From Spirochaetia bacterium (lineage in GTDB: Bacteria > Spirochaetota > Spirochaetia > SZUA-6 > Bin103): a stretch of 64,000 nucleotides of DNA. The notes beneath the pieces are model-generated. The model saw nothing but the letters and a program-made list of their open reading frames with translations. It did no database searches and had not been told where the DNA came from. Below, in pieces: positions 36,281 to 46,948 of the stretch. How positions within the stretch are numbered: position 1 is the stretch's first letter; the number at the start of each line of letters is the position of its first letter. Both the position numbers and the translations under genes were made by a program. The stretch covers positions 128,001 to 192,000 of the forward strand of contig CBDBOV010000003.1 in NCBI GenBank assembly GCA_965208575.1, read 5' to 3'.

Positions 36281-37165
36281 TCAGCCGAGCGGAATCTGCT
36301 CGGCCGCGGCCACTTGCTGGATGTAGTCGACGCCGAGGTCGTACTCCTTTTGGGTGTGCAGGTGCTCGATCATGAGCGGCACGGTCTGCGGCAGTTCGTG
36401 CAGGACGCGCAGGTAGGCGGCGTAGTCGATGTTGCCGCAGCCGGGGCGGACCTCGTGCATGATCACGCTCACGTCCTCCTGCATCGCCAGGTCCTTGGCG
36501 TGGGCGGAGACGATGCGGTCGCCGAACAGGCGCACCGCCTCGCGCGCCACGGCGGCGTTCTCGTAGTACAGCCGCGGGGTGTTGATCAGGTTGACCAGGT
36601 CCATGTGGGCGGCGAACTCGGGCCGGTCGACGGCGTCGAGCAGGCGGCGGATGTTGGCTGGTGAGTCGGCCACGCTGAACGGATAGATTTCATACACGAA
36701 GCGCGCCCGCTTGGGCTTGACGGTGTCGATCAGCCAGCGCGCGTTCTCGACCGCGGCGTCGAACGCGTCGGGGGTGAAGTTGAACGCGTCGTGCGAGCCC
36801 TGGCTGGGGCCGCCCGGCGAGCCGATGCAGGTGATGGCGCACAGGGCGCCTACCTCGTCGGCGATGGCCAGGTAGTCCGCCATGCGCTGCCGCTCGCGCT
36901 TGCCTTCCTGCGGGTCGGGATGCAGCATGTTGCGCCAGCCGCCCACCTCCGCGATCACCACGTCCTCGGCGGCGAACGCTTCGCGGATGTCGCGCATCCG
37001 GTCGCCGTCGTCGACCGACACCTGCGGGCAGTAGGCGGCGGAGAGCCCGCGTTCGCGGTGCTGGCGCGCCAGCGCTGGTACGTCTGCGACCGCCGAACCG
37101 TGCGTCCTGCCCACCGCGGCGTCGCCCTCCTGGCCGCCCATGATCACACTGCCAAGTCTCACCAT
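36281..37165 (-). CDS. Sugar phosphate isomerase/epimerase (xylose isomerase-like TIM barrel)
   Basis: IAEVGGW, HMDLVN, HAKD, PGCGNIDY, MIEH. Confidence 0.85.
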   Translation of the reverse strand: MVRLGSVIMGGQEGDAAVGRTHGSAVADVPALARQHRERGLSAAYCPQVSVDDGDRMRDIREAFAAEDVVIAEVGGWRNMLHPDPQEGKRERQRMADYLAIADEVGALCAITCIGSPGGPSQGSHDAFNFTPDAFDAAVENARWLIDTVKPKRARFVYEIYPFSVADSPANIRRLLDAVDRPEFAAHMDLVNLINTPRLYYENAAVAREAVRLFGDRIVSAHAKDLAMQEDVSVIMHEVRPGCGNIDYAAYLRVLHELPQTVPLMIEHLHTQKEYDLGVDYIQQVAAAEQIPLG

Positions 37166-37248
37166 AGCACCGCGATGGTAGCCGGCGGCAGCAACCTCGC
37201 ATAGCCCTGCCGGCCCTGCCGGTCCTGCCGGCTGCGGAAGAAGTGCGG

Positions 37249-37974
37249 TCAGCGCCTGGTGCGCAGCACGACGCCGCCGACGTTGTGGAGAATGCGCTCC
37301 AGGCGTTGCGCTTCCCGGTCCACCAGGTCGGCGCGCGTGAGGATGTCGGTCAGGAAGCGCTGCACGCTGGTCGCGCCGGTGGGGCTGAAAAAGCCCACCT
37401 CGGCGAGGGCGCCGGTCAGCGGCTCGGCCATGCGCGCGATCCGCTCGGCGCCGACCGGGCGCTGGCGCGGGCGCGCCTGGCGCGGCGCGTGGCCGTGCTT
37501 GTAGATCTCGTACGCCACCACCTGCACCGCGTGCGAAAGGTTCAGCGACGGGAACTGCGGCGCCGACGGGATCGCCACCGCCACCTGGCACGGCTCCATC
37601 TCGGCGTCCGTCAGTCCGTTCTTCTCGTTGCCGAACACCACCGCCACCGGCCCCGCATGCCGCTCGGCCAGGCGCCGGCCAAGCTGTTCGGCGGTCCAGA
37701 TGCGGTACTTGCGCCGCTTGCCGTCACGGCGGGTCACGGCCGCGGCCAGCGTGCAGCCGCTCACCGCTTCCGCGACGCTGTCGCACAGCACGGCCCCGTC
37801 GAGCAGGTCGGCCGCGTGCACGGCGACCACGCGGGCCACGTGCCGGTCGATCCCCTCCGCCGCCACCAGGTGGAGTTGCCCGATGCCCATCGTCTTTGCG
37901 GCGCGGCAGGCGGCGCCGACGTTGCGTCCCTCCTCAGGGCGCACCAGAACGATGCGCAGGTCGGAAAGGTCCAT
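37249..37974 (-). CDS. trmJ: SPOUT RNA methyltransferase, TrmJ/LasT group
   Basis: RIVLVRP..NVGAACRA, VFGNEKNGL, SLNLSHAV. Confidence 0.85.
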   Translation of the reverse strand: MDLSDLRIVLVRPEEGRNVGAACRAAKTMGIGQLHLVAAEGIDRHVARVVAVHAADLLDGAVLCDSVAEAVSGCTLAAAVTRRDGKRRKYRIWTAEQLGRRLAERHAGPVAVVFGNEKNGLTDAEMEPCQVAVAIPSAPQFPSLNLSHAVQVVAYEIYKHGHAPRQARPRQRPVGAERIARMAEPLTGALAEVGFFSPTGATSVQRFLTDILTRADLVDREAQRLERILHNVGGVVLRTRR

Positions 37975-38044
37975 GCCGATCAGCCCCGGCAGGAAGCGAA
38001 CGCGAGCGGAGCCGGAACCGAGGCGCGGTCGGCAGGGGCCATCG

Positions 38045-39079
38045 TCAGCTCAGGGCGGCGGTGAGCTGCTCGAACAGGTCGTCTTCGGGCTCGAAGCCGG
38101 CCAACTCGATTGGCCGCCGCTGCAGGGTGCTGGCGTACAGCGCGAGCACGGTCTTGAACTCGTGCAGCGACTGGTTCAGGTCGGTGCCCGGCAGCGCCGC
38201 CTCGTCCTCCAGCCAGTCCAGGGTGGCGCGCGTCAGCCCGGCCTGCGCGAGCACGTTGTTGGCTCTCCAGGTGTCGCCGACGTGGCCGCGTTCGGTGCCG
38301 TCCGGTCCCACGATCTCCCAGTTGCGGAACTCCTCGTACAGGACCCGCCCGCGCTCGGCGTAGGCGGCCACGCGCACGTGCTGGTACACGGTCGCCGGGT
38401 CGCCGATCAGCGGTGCGGTGGGGCCGTGGTGCCACAGGCAGCGCACGCCGTTGTCGAACAGCAGGTGGGCCACCGAGGAGTCGGGCGCCGGATGGGTCGG
38501 GTCGCTGCCGCTCATCCCGCTGGCGGTGCCGAACACGGACTGTACGCGTGCGTCGCCATTCAGCGACATGATGTAGTTGAGCGCGTGGGTGCCCTGGTTG
38601 GAGATGTTCATGCCGCAGGAGGTCTCCAGGAAGCGCACGGCGCCGAGCCGGCCCGACTGCAGCGCCTCCCGGCAACGGGTCAGGTCGACGTGCCAGCGGA
38701 ACTGGTGGCTCACCGTGAACCGGGTGGCGCAGCGCTGCTCCAGCTCCACCAGGGATCGCCAGTCGGTCACCCCGGCGGCCAACGGCTTCTCCACCACCGC
38801 CGCGGGTACGTCCAGATCCGCCGCCAGGTGCATGAGCGCCGCGCGGTCGGCGGGCTGCGTGACGATGTGGACGATGTCGGGCCGTTCGCGTTCGATCATC
38901 TCGGCCGCATCGGCATAGGGGGCCAGGCCGTACTCGGAGGCGTGGCCGTCACGCCGCTCCTCGATCAGGTCGCAGCAGGCGGTGAGCGCGGCGTCCGCAA
39001 CGTGCTCGTAGGACAGCACGTGCATGCGGCTGCGGCTGCCGCACCCGATCAGCGCCGCCTTGTAGCGTGGCTTGCTCAT
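38045..39079 (-). CDS. Gfo/Idh/MocA oxidoreductase
   Basis: ALIGCG, EKP, NQGTH. Confidence 0.88.
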   Translation of the reverse strand: MSKPRYKAALIGCGSRSRMHVLSYEHVADAALTACCDLIEERRDGHASEYGLAPYADAAEMIERERPDIVHIVTQPADRAALMHLAADLDVPAAVVEKPLAAGVTDWRSLVELEQRCATRFTVSHQFRWHVDLTRCREALQSGRLGAVRFLETSCGMNISNQGTHALNYIMSLNGDARVQSVFGTASGMSGSDPTHPAPDSSVAHLLFDNGVRCLWHHGPTAPLIGDPATVYQHVRVAAYAERGRVLYEEFRNWEIVGPDGTERGHVGDTWRANNVLAQAGLTRATLDWLEDEAALPGTDLNQSLHEFKTVLALYASTLQRRPIELAGFEPEDDLFEQLTAALS

Positions 39080-39211
39080 GGCGCCCACCCTACCCGAACG
39101 ACGTTCCGGTGCACAGCCGCGCGACGATCCGCTCCCGGTGCGGCGTTTACGCAGGTCGACAATAGCGTCCGGATTCGGTGTAATGGCGCCAGGCGAGACG
39201 GGGTGGAGTGA

Positions 39212-40678
39212 ATGGTTGACGAGCGGTTTCGGTTGAGCGATGCGGAGTTGCAGCGGTTTCTGGTCGACGGTTACCTGGTGCTGCGGCCGGAGTTGCCGGA
39301 GGGATTCCACAGCCGGGTGTACGACCGTCTCGGGGCGGTGTTCGAGCGTTCCGGCAATCCGTTCAACAACATCCTGCCGCTGGTGCCGGAGCTGGGCCGA
39401 GTGTTCGGTCATCCGCGCGTGACCGGCGCGCTGGCGAGCATTCTGGGGGACGACTACTACCTGCACATGCACCGCCACTGCCACGACCGGGCACCGGGAA
39501 GCGACGCGCAACGGCTGCACAAGGACAGCCTGTACAACAGCCGCTACGCGGTCGACGGCAACCGGCGCCACCACCACGCCCGCTGGGCAATGGCGTTCTA
39601 CTATCCGCAGGATACCGGCGAGGAGATGGGGCCGACGGCGATCGTGCCGCGCTCCCAGTACCTGCTCGAGCAGCAGCGCGTGGAGGACGAGATCCACCTC
39701 ACCGGTGCGGCCGGCACGGTGGTCATCGTGCACTACGACATCTGGCATCGTGCGGCCGGCACCGTGAGCGCGGCACACAAACGCTACATGGTGAAGTTCC
39801 TGTTCACGCGCATGAGCGACCCGCGGGAGCCGAGCTGGCGCCACGAGCCGGGTGCGGAAGCGCCGCTTTGGGAGAACGATGGCGGGGACCATGGCACCGG
39901 TCCAGGGCCGCGCCTGGAGTTGCCGGAGGTGTGGGGCCACCAGTGGCGCTGGCACCTGGGACAGTCCGGATCCGGCGCCGGATCGCCGGCATCGGCGCAC
40001 GGCAGCCTGGCTTCGTTGTTCGAGAGGCTGGCGGCCGAAGACGAGTGCATGGCGCTGGAGGCGGCCTATCGCCTCGGCCGCGGTGGCGGGGATGCCGCGC
40101 GACCGCTGGCCGAGGCGCTGCGCAGCTCCGACGAACGCGTCCGGCGCAACGCAGCCTGCGGATTCGCGCCGCTCGGCGCCGCGGCGGTGCCGGCGCTGAG
40201 CGATCTGGCCGGCGACGCCGACCCGGCGGTGCGCGCGCGTGCGGTCGATGCGCTCGGCGACATCGGCCCGCCGGCGCGCGCCGCGGCAACGGTGCTTGCC
40301 GGGGCGCTGCGCGACGACGAGGCGGCCGTGCGCGAGTACGCGGCGGACGCCCTCGGCCTGGTGTGCGGCGGCGCCGGCGATGCGGCATCGGCGGCGTCGG
40401 CGCTGGCGTCGGCGATGGCCGACGCCAGTGACACGGTGCGCCGCAACGCCGCGCTGTCACTTGCGCGCATCGGCTCCGGAGCGGCCGGCGCCGGCGACCA
40501 GGTGGCCGCCGCCCTGGTGGCCGGCCTCGAAGACGAGAGTCTCTACGTGAACGGCTACTCGGTGCTCGGCCTGCGCCGCCTCGGCACCCCGCGCGCCCAC
40601 CGCGAACTGCTCGCCCGCCTGGAGGAGGCGCGCTGGGAACCGCGCGAAACCGCCCCCGCCGGCCTGCGCCGCAAGTAG
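39212..40678 (+). CDS. Phytanoyl-CoA dioxygenase (PhyH) domain fused to HEAT repeats
   Basis: FLVDGYLVL, HKD, GPTAIVPRSQ, DIWHR; VRRNAA/VRARAVDALG repeats. Confidence 0.85.
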   Translation: MVDERFRLSDAELQRFLVDGYLVLRPELPEGFHSRVYDRLGAVFERSGNPFNNILPLVPELGRVFGHPRVTGALASILGDDYYLHMHRHCHDRAPGSDAQRLHKDSLYNSRYAVDGNRRHHHARWAMAFYYPQDTGEEMGPTAIVPRSQYLLEQQRVEDEIHLTGAAGTVVIVHYDIWHRAAGTVSAAHKRYMVKFLFTRMSDPREPSWRHEPGAEAPLWENDGGDHGTGPGPRLELPEVWGHQWRWHLGQSGSGAGSPASAHGSLASLFERLAAEDECMALEAAYRLGRGGGDAARPLAEALRSSDERVRRNAACGFAPLGAAAVPALSDLAGDADPAVRARAVDALGDIGPPARAAATVLAGALRDDEAAVREYAADALGLVCGGAGDAASAASALASAMADASDTVRRNAALSLARIGSGAAGAGDQVAAALVAGLEDESLYVNGYSVLGLRRLGTPRAHRELLARLEEARWEPRETAPAGLRRK

Positions 40679-40849
40679 GGATGCCGGCGGGCCACCTGAA
40701 GGGCCGGTAGTCGTGTGGCAGGCGGCATTCAACTCGAATGCTGCCGCACTGCTCAGCGGCGCCTGCGTTGACACCCGGCACGCCTGCCGACAAACGTGTA
40801 GAATCGGCACTGCTCGCAGTGGTACGAACCTGCGCCGGCGACAGAAGCA

Positions 40850-42559
40850 ATGGCGAAAAGCAACGTCTTGAACACCAACACGATCAACTATCTCGACTTG
40901 ATCGGCAACGGGAAGCGCTATCGGGTGCCGCCGTACCAGCGCGACTACTCCTGGTCGGAGGAGCAGTGGGAGGATCTTTGGAACGATCTCATGGATCTCC
41001 GCTCGGCCCCGGATGAGCCTCACTATCTCGGAGCTCTTGTGGTCGAAGAGCAGAGTGACCGCGAGTTTCTGATCATCGACGGACAACAGCGGCTGGCCAC
41101 ACTCAGCGTCCTGGCCCTTGCGGTGATTGCACGGCTGGAGGCCATGGCCGATGAGGGCATCGAGTCAGATGCAAACCGTGAGCGAGCACGCGAACTGCGC
41201 AGTCGCTTCATCGGCGAAAAGGATCCTGCTTCCTTGACCGAGAGCAGCCGGCTCTATCTCAATGAGACCGACGACGCCATTTATCAGGACTACCTGGTAC
41301 AGAACAGGGAGCCACTGAACCCCAGGCGTCTGCCAAGGTCGAATCGTCTCTTGTGGCAGTGTTTTGTCGGCTATCGGCACCGTCTGGGCAGGCTGACGGA
41401 ATTGCGAAACGACGGCCGAGCCATCGCACGACTGCTGTCCGAAACCATGGCACGGCAGTTACTTTTCATTCTGATTACGGTCGACGACGAGCTGAACGCC
41501 TACACGGTGTTCGAGACGCTCAATGCGCGCGGTTTGGAGCTGACCACAGCCGACCTGCTCAAGAATTTCCTGTTCTCTCGTGTGCGCGTGCGCTCTGATC
41601 TGCAGGCACTTCAGCGCCGCTGGCAGGCGCTCATGGACACCGTTGAGCAGGAGCGTTTTCCCGAATTGCTCCGATACCATATGCTGTGCGAGTTGCCCAA
41701 GGTACGCAGCCAGCGGCTCTTCAAACTGGTCAGAGGCCGAGTCAAGACAGCCGACGACGTGTTCGCTCTGCTTGACGAATTGGAGCGTCGTGCGGAGTTG
41801 TTCGTGGCGGTCGGAGATCCTGGTCACGGATATTGGGTGGACCTACCGGACGCCAAACCCTACATTCGGGAACTCTCGCTGTTCCGCGTCCGGCAAATGA
41901 TGCCACTCCTGTTTACCGCGTGGGAGTGCTTTTCGCGAGATAATTTTGTCAGCGTACTGAGGATGGTCAGTGTCTTGTCATTCCGCTACACGGTAGTCAG
42001 CAGTCGCAACCCCAGCGCCTTGGAAGCCGCGTTCCACTACGCCGCGAAGCCTGTCCAGGCCGGTACGGTGACCACCCCCGCGGGGGTGTTCGAACGCCTG
42101 AAACCGATCTACGTGGACGACGCAAAGACCAGGCAGGATTTCGCCGGCCTGGAGGTGGGTACGAGCGGACGGAAGCGAAGACTGGCGAAGTACATCCTGG
42201 CCCGGATCGAGGCGGACGCGTCGGGTAGAGCCTGCGATCCCGATACCGACCCCGGGACTGTCGAGCACATCTTGCCGGAGAACCCGGCCGATGACTGGGA
42301 GGAGACGTTCGATCGGGCGCGTTGGGATACATCAGTGTACCGCCTTGGAAACCTCACTCTGCTTGAATCGGCAGCCAATCGGCGCATCGGAAATGCCGCG
42401 TACCGCGAAAAGGTGTCAGCGTACAGCGGGAGCACCTATGCCATCAGCCGGGACATCTCACAGATGGCTCCCGAAGAATGGACCCCCGAGCTGCTGGACG
42501 CGCGCCAGGGCCGGCTCGCCGCACGAGCGGTGCACCTGTGGCGGGCGGACTTCGCCTGA
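40850..42559 (+). CDS. GmrSD-family restriction protein (DUF262 + DUF1524 HNH)
   Basis: VPPYQRDYSW, IIDGQQRL, FETLNARG, VEHILPE, LGNLTLL. Confidence 0.9.
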   Translation: MAKSNVLNTNTINYLDLIGNGKRYRVPPYQRDYSWSEEQWEDLWNDLMDLRSAPDEPHYLGALVVEEQSDREFLIIDGQQRLATLSVLALAVIARLEAMADEGIESDANRERARELRSRFIGEKDPASLTESSRLYLNETDDAIYQDYLVQNREPLNPRRLPRSNRLLWQCFVGYRHRLGRLTELRNDGRAIARLLSETMARQLLFILITVDDELNAYTVFETLNARGLELTTADLLKNFLFSRVRVRSDLQALQRRWQALMDTVEQERFPELLRYHMLCELPKVRSQRLFKLVRGRVKTADDVFALLDELERRAELFVAVGDPGHGYWVDLPDAKPYIRELSLFRVRQMMPLLFTAWECFSRDNFVSVLRMVSVLSFRYTVVSSRNPSALEAAFHYAAKPVQAGTVTTPAGVFERLKPIYVDDAKTRQDFAGLEVGTSGRKRRLAKYILARIEADASGRACDPDTDPGTVEHILPENPADDWEETFDRARWDTSVYRLGNLTLLESAANRRIGNAAYREKVSAYSGSTYAISRDISQMAPEEWTPELLDARQGRLAARAVHLWRADFA

Positions 42560-42609
42560 GCCGGCGGGGGTTGATCGGTAGCGCGTAAGTCTCTACGGTC
42601 GCACGCGAC

Positions 42610-43656
42610 ATGTTGAGGGTAGGGATCATCGGGCTCGGCGGCATCGCGCGTTCGCACGCGGCGGCGATCGCCGAGTTGGACAACGTCGAGATAACGGCGG
42701 TGGCGGACCTGTTTCCGGAGGTGCGGGAGCAGTTCATGAGCACCTGGGGGGTGGGCAAGGGCTACGCCACCCACACGGAGTTGCTCCGGGACGGCGACGT
42801 AGACGCGGTGGCGATCACCTTGGGCCACCAACTGCACCACCGCCTGACCGTGGACGCGTGCAACGCCGGCAAGCACGTGCTGGTGGAGAAGCCGATGGCG
42901 ATCAGCCTCGAGCAGTGCGACGCCATGATCGAGGCGGCGGACGCCAACCGCGTCAAGCTGATGGTGGGTCACACCCAGCACTTCTACGGCACCAGCCTCA
43001 AGGCCAAGGAGATTCTCGACTCCGGGCAGCTCGGGCCGCTGATGACGGTGGTGTGCTACATGTCCAAGAACTGGGGATTCGGCGGCCGCCGCCCGCAGTA
43101 CCGCAGCCGCTTCCACGGCGGCGGCATGTGGCTGGCCAACGGCGTGCACGTGGTCGACCGGCTGATGTGGCTGCTCGGCTCGCAGGCCGCGGCGGTGAGT
43201 GCGGTGGTCGGCACGCGCGCCCACTACCAGGCATCGGACGACACCGCCACCGCGCTGATCCGCACCAAGAACGGCCTCGCCGGCGTCGCCGTGTCGTGCG
43301 GCTACGCCAACGGCGGGCCTTCCTTCGAGAGCCACGTGATCGGCGCCAACGGCTCCCTCAAGTTCAGCCAGCACGGCGAGAAGTTCGTCCGTCTCGGTAC
43401 CGGCGAGCAGTGGGAGGATGTCGAGTTCGACGATCCGAAGGCGGAGTTCTACCACGAGTGGCATTCGTTCGCGAAGGCGGTCGAGCAGGACCTGGAGCCG
43501 CCCGCGGATGGCATGTGGGGGCGCCACGTGATGGAGATCCTGTTCGCCGCCGAGCAGTCCTCCATCACCGGGCGCGAGGTGGTGCTGGAGGGCGGCCACC
43601 ACTGGACCACGCAGCGCACCGGCACACCGGTCACCTACGACCACGGCTGGCACTGA
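42610..43656 (+). CDS. Gfo/Idh/MocA oxidoreductase
   Basis: VGIIGLG, GKHVLVEKPMA, GGG...NGVH. Confidence 0.9.
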   Translation: MLRVGIIGLGGIARSHAAAIAELDNVEITAVADLFPEVREQFMSTWGVGKGYATHTELLRDGDVDAVAITLGHQLHHRLTVDACNAGKHVLVEKPMAISLEQCDAMIEAADANRVKLMVGHTQHFYGTSLKAKEILDSGQLGPLMTVVCYMSKNWGFGGRRPQYRSRFHGGGMWLANGVHVVDRLMWLLGSQAAAVSAVVGTRAHYQASDDTATALIRTKNGLAGVAVSCGYANGGPSFESHVIGANGSLKFSQHGEKFVRLGTGEQWEDVEFDDPKAEFYHEWHSFAKAVEQDLEPPADGMWGRHVMEILFAAEQSSITGREVVLEGGHHWTTQRTGTPVTYDHGWH

Positions 43657-43743
43657 GCCGGCGCGGTCGATGCGCGGCATGACAACGATGAGACACGAAG
43701 CACGGGTATCCGCGGCCGGCCGGCGGCGGACCAGGAGGACGCC

Positions 43744-44700
43744 ATGACCTGCTGTGCGTTGGTCGGCTGCGGAGCCGCGGACCGCTACGCCGACGCCCTG
43801 CTGCGCCTCCCGGAGGTGTGCGTGGGCGCGGTAGTGGATGCCGATGCCGCCCGGCGCGGGGAGGCGGCGCGCCTGCTTGGGGCCGAATTGGAGGCCGCCG
43901 CACTGCCGGAACTGCTGGCCGAGCACCCCGCGTGCTGCTCCGCGGTGCTGCTCCACGGCGCCCCCGACACGCGGCTGGACGATGCCGCGGCCGCCGTCCG
44001 GCACGGCAAGCACGTACTCCTGGAACTGCCGCCGGCAGCGGCCGCCGGCCGACTGGCGGCGCTCGGCGACGAGTGCGCCGCCGCCGGCGTGTGCCTGATG
44101 ATCGGCGGCACGCTGCGCTTCCTGCCGTCGCAGCAGGTACTGAAGCAGCGCCTCGTCGCGGGCCAGCTTGGCGAGCTGGGGCTACTGCGCGTCCACCGCT
44201 GGTACGCGGGCGCCGACGGCGGCACCGGCTCGGGGCAGGACTGGCAGGCTCTCGCCACGCCCTACCTGGACCTGGCCAACTGGCTGTTCGGCGATCCCCC
44301 GGAGCGGGTGTTCGCGCGCACCGGCGGCCCCGACTACGCCCAGATTCACCTGGGTTTCGGCGCCGCCGGCATGGCGCTGATCGACGTCAGTGCCGGTTTG
44401 CCGCCGGGAGACGGCTACCGGGCGGTTTCAGTGATCGGTTCGGCCGGCGCCGGCTACGCGGACGACCACCACAACCGCGCACTGCTGTTCGGCGGCGGCG
44501 ATCCGGCCGCGCGCGATCCGGGTGAGGGCAACCACGACCTGGCCGGCGAGCTGGCCGACTTCGTCGCCGCCAGCGCGGAGCGCCGCGCGCCGGCCGTCAC
44601 CGCAGCCGACGGCTGCGCCGCGCTGCTGGTAGCGGCGGCCGCCGCGGCTTCGGCGGCGGGCGGCGCCGTACTGGAGCGCCGGGGGGATCGCTATGAGTGA
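43744..44700 (+). CDS. Gfo/Idh/MocA oxidoreductase (divergent; ELP for EKP)
   Basis: ALVGCG, GKHVLLELP. Confidence 0.8.
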   Translation: MTCCALVGCGAADRYADALLRLPEVCVGAVVDADAARRGEAARLLGAELEAAALPELLAEHPACCSAVLLHGAPDTRLDDAAAAVRHGKHVLLELPPAAAAGRLAALGDECAAAGVCLMIGGTLRFLPSQQVLKQRLVAGQLGELGLLRVHRWYAGADGGTGSGQDWQALATPYLDLANWLFGDPPERVFARTGGPDYAQIHLGFGAAGMALIDVSAGLPPGDGYRAVSVIGSAGAGYADDHHNRALLFGGGDPAARDPGEGNHDLAGELADFVAASAERRAPAVTAADGCAALLVAAAAAASAAGGAVLERRGDRYE

Positions 44701-45793
44701 CGCCATCTACCGTTGCGCCGCGCTGAGCGCGGTCAAGCACGACTACCTGCCGCGCGCCGTGCACGCCCATCCCGCCTTCGAGGTGGTGGTGGTAGCCGAC
44801 GATCCGCAGGTGCCCGGCTGGGCACACGAGCGCAACGCGGAGTTCGCGGCCGAATTGGGCGTGCCGTACGTGCGTGACGTGGCCGCCGCGCTCGCCGACT
44901 ACGGCGTGCGGGTGGCGGTGGTGAGCAGCGAGGCGGAGCGGCACTGCGACCTGAGCGTGCGCGCCGCCGAGGCGGGCATGCACGTGGTGCAGGACAAGCC
45001 GATGTCCACCTCGCTGGCCGAGTGCGACCGGCTGGTAGCGGCGGTGCGGGAAGCGGGCGTGCGCTTCCTGTTGTGGAACCGCAACCTGTTGCCGGCGCTG
45101 GTGCAGGCGCAGCGGGAGTTGCAGCGCGGCGCCATCGGCGCGCTGCGCGCCATTCACGTCGACTTCTACTTCGCCAAGGACGCCGGGCCGCCGAAGGGCA
45201 GCCGCAAGGCCGGTTTCCCGCCGATCAACTGGCTGGCGCGGCAACTGGAGGCGCACGCCGACGGCTCCGACGGCGGCGTCGGCGAAGCGGCGATGGGCGA
45301 ATTGCAGATCGAAGGCATCTACCCGCTCGGCTACATCCACGCGTTGACCGGCAGCCGGGTGCGGCGCGTGTTCGCCCGCACCGCCGCCCACTTCCACCAG
45401 GCCAACGCCGACAACGACGTCGACGACCTGGCCACGGTGACGCTGGAGATGGACAGCGGCGTGCTCGGATCGCTGTGCATCGGGCGCATCGGTGCGGCGA
45501 GCCACCCCGACATCGGCGAGATCAAGCTGCACCTGATCGGCAGCAAGGGGGCGCTGGTGGTGACCGAGGCGCGCCCCGAGGTGGGCATCTACTACCGCGG
45601 CCAGCCGGCCACCGAGTACCCCCACGTGCGCATCGCCGACAGCAACAACTTCCTGCTCATGGAGCAGTTCAAGACGGCAATCGAAACCGGCGCCGACACG
45701 CTGCTCGACGCTCAGGCCGGCCGCGACATCGCCGCCACCGTCGCCGCGGCCATCGAGTCGGGCCGCACCGGCCAACCGGTCGCGGTGGCCTGA
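44693..45793 (+). CDS. Gfo/Idh/MocA oxidoreductase
   Basis: GMHVVQDKPM; overlaps the upstream gene. Confidence 0.82.
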   Translation: MSDAIYRCAALSAVKHDYLPRAVHAHPAFEVVVVADDPQVPGWAHERNAEFAAELGVPYVRDVAAALADYGVRVAVVSSEAERHCDLSVRAAEAGMHVVQDKPMSTSLAECDRLVAAVREAGVRFLLWNRNLLPALVQAQRELQRGAIGALRAIHVDFYFAKDAGPPKGSRKAGFPPINWLARQLEAHADGSDGGVGEAAMGELQIEGIYPLGYIHALTGSRVRRVFARTAAHFHQANADNDVDDLATVTLEMDSGVLGSLCIGRIGAASHPDIGEIKLHLIGSKGALVVTEARPEVGIYYRGQPATEYPHVRIADSNNFLLMEQFKTAIETGADTLLDAQAGRDIAATVAAAIESGRTGQPVAVA

Positions 45794-46053
45794 CCGCAGC
45801 GGCGGCGCTAAGGGCCGCCACGCCGCCAGCGCGTGGCAACGGGCGCCCTGCAGCCTCGCCTGGCGGACGGCCGCGGAGTCGCAGCTCGCGGCCGGTCGTC
45901 GTGCTGCGCCGCTCTGCGCCGGTCACCCGGCGGTGGCGCGGCTGTGTTGCCGCGGATGCTTGGCCTGCTCCGCGGTGCGGTGGTCGGCAGGGCGCGCGGG
46001 ACAGCCGACGGTTGGCCGCGACCGGGTGCCGTAGCGCGTACCGGCAGGGGAGG

Positions 46054-46941
46054 TCAGCCGACCGGCAGGGTGCGTCCGGTGTGGGCGCGGCCGATGCGGG
46101 CGATCTGCTCCTGGCCGCCCGACACCACGCGGACGCCGCGGTCGATCTGAGCGGTCACGGTCTCCGGCGTGCACACCTCCAGGAACGCCACGCCGTTGAC
46201 GGCGCACGCGGCACGCACGCGTTCGGCGGCTTCGATCACCCGCGGGTCGTGCTGCCCCGGCACCCGCTCGACGCCGTACGACATGTGCAGGTCGCCGGGA
46301 CCGCACTCGGCAAAGCCGAGTCCCGGCACGGCCAGCATCTGCTCGATGTGGGCCACCCCGCGCACCGACTCGATCTTGATGCCCAGCAGCAGTTCGCCGT
46401 CCGGATTGAGCGGCCACGGGTCGCAGCGGGCGATGTACTGCTCGCCGTCGACGCCCCAGATCGGCGCCGCGGAGGAATCCGAACCGACGCCGCGGGTGCC
46501 GCGCTCCAGGCCGGCGCCGACGCCGATCATGTTGCGCGGGTAGCGGCACGACTCCACGAACGCGCGCACCGCGTCCGGCGTCTCCGCCTGGCACAGCAGG
46601 ATGCCGTGCACGCCGCGCGCCAGGATCTGCCGGAACTGCCAGGCGTTGTAGCGGACCACCGGCTCGCCGGTGCCGTCGACCGGCGCCTCCACGATGACCG
46701 CGGGCGTGCGGTGGCCGCTGGCCGTGGGTCCGCCGGCCGCCAGGCCTGCCATGTAGTGCGCCAGCCCGGCGAGGTCGAAGCAGCCGTGCTCCATGCCGAC
46801 GTTGATGTAGTCGGCCCAGGTACGCGCGTCGTGCACGCCCTGTTCGCGGGTCAGTACGGCACCGGTGTGGCCGCCGGTGTAGTAGATCGGCTGGCCGTCG
46901 GCCAGCAGTTCGATAGCCCGGTTGATACGATGGTCGTTCAT
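46054..46941 (-). CDS. HpcH/HpaI aldolase family protein
   Basis: MEHG, RYP..GTRG, KIES, GPGDL. Confidence 0.82.
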   Translation of the reverse strand: MNDHRINRAIELLADGQPIYYTGGHTGAVLTREQGVHDARTWADYINVGMEHGCFDLAGLAHYMAGLAAGGPTASGHRTPAVIVEAPVDGTGEPVVRYNAWQFRQILARGVHGILLCQAETPDAVRAFVESCRYPRNMIGVGAGLERGTRGVGSDSSAAPIWGVDGEQYIARCDPWPLNPDGELLLGIKIESVRGVAHIEQMLAVPGLGFAECGPGDLHMSYGVERVPGQHDPRVIEAAERVRAACAVNGVAFLEVCTPETVTAQIDRGVRVVSGGQEQIARIGRAHTGRTLPVG

Positions 46942-46948
46942 GGCTCCG

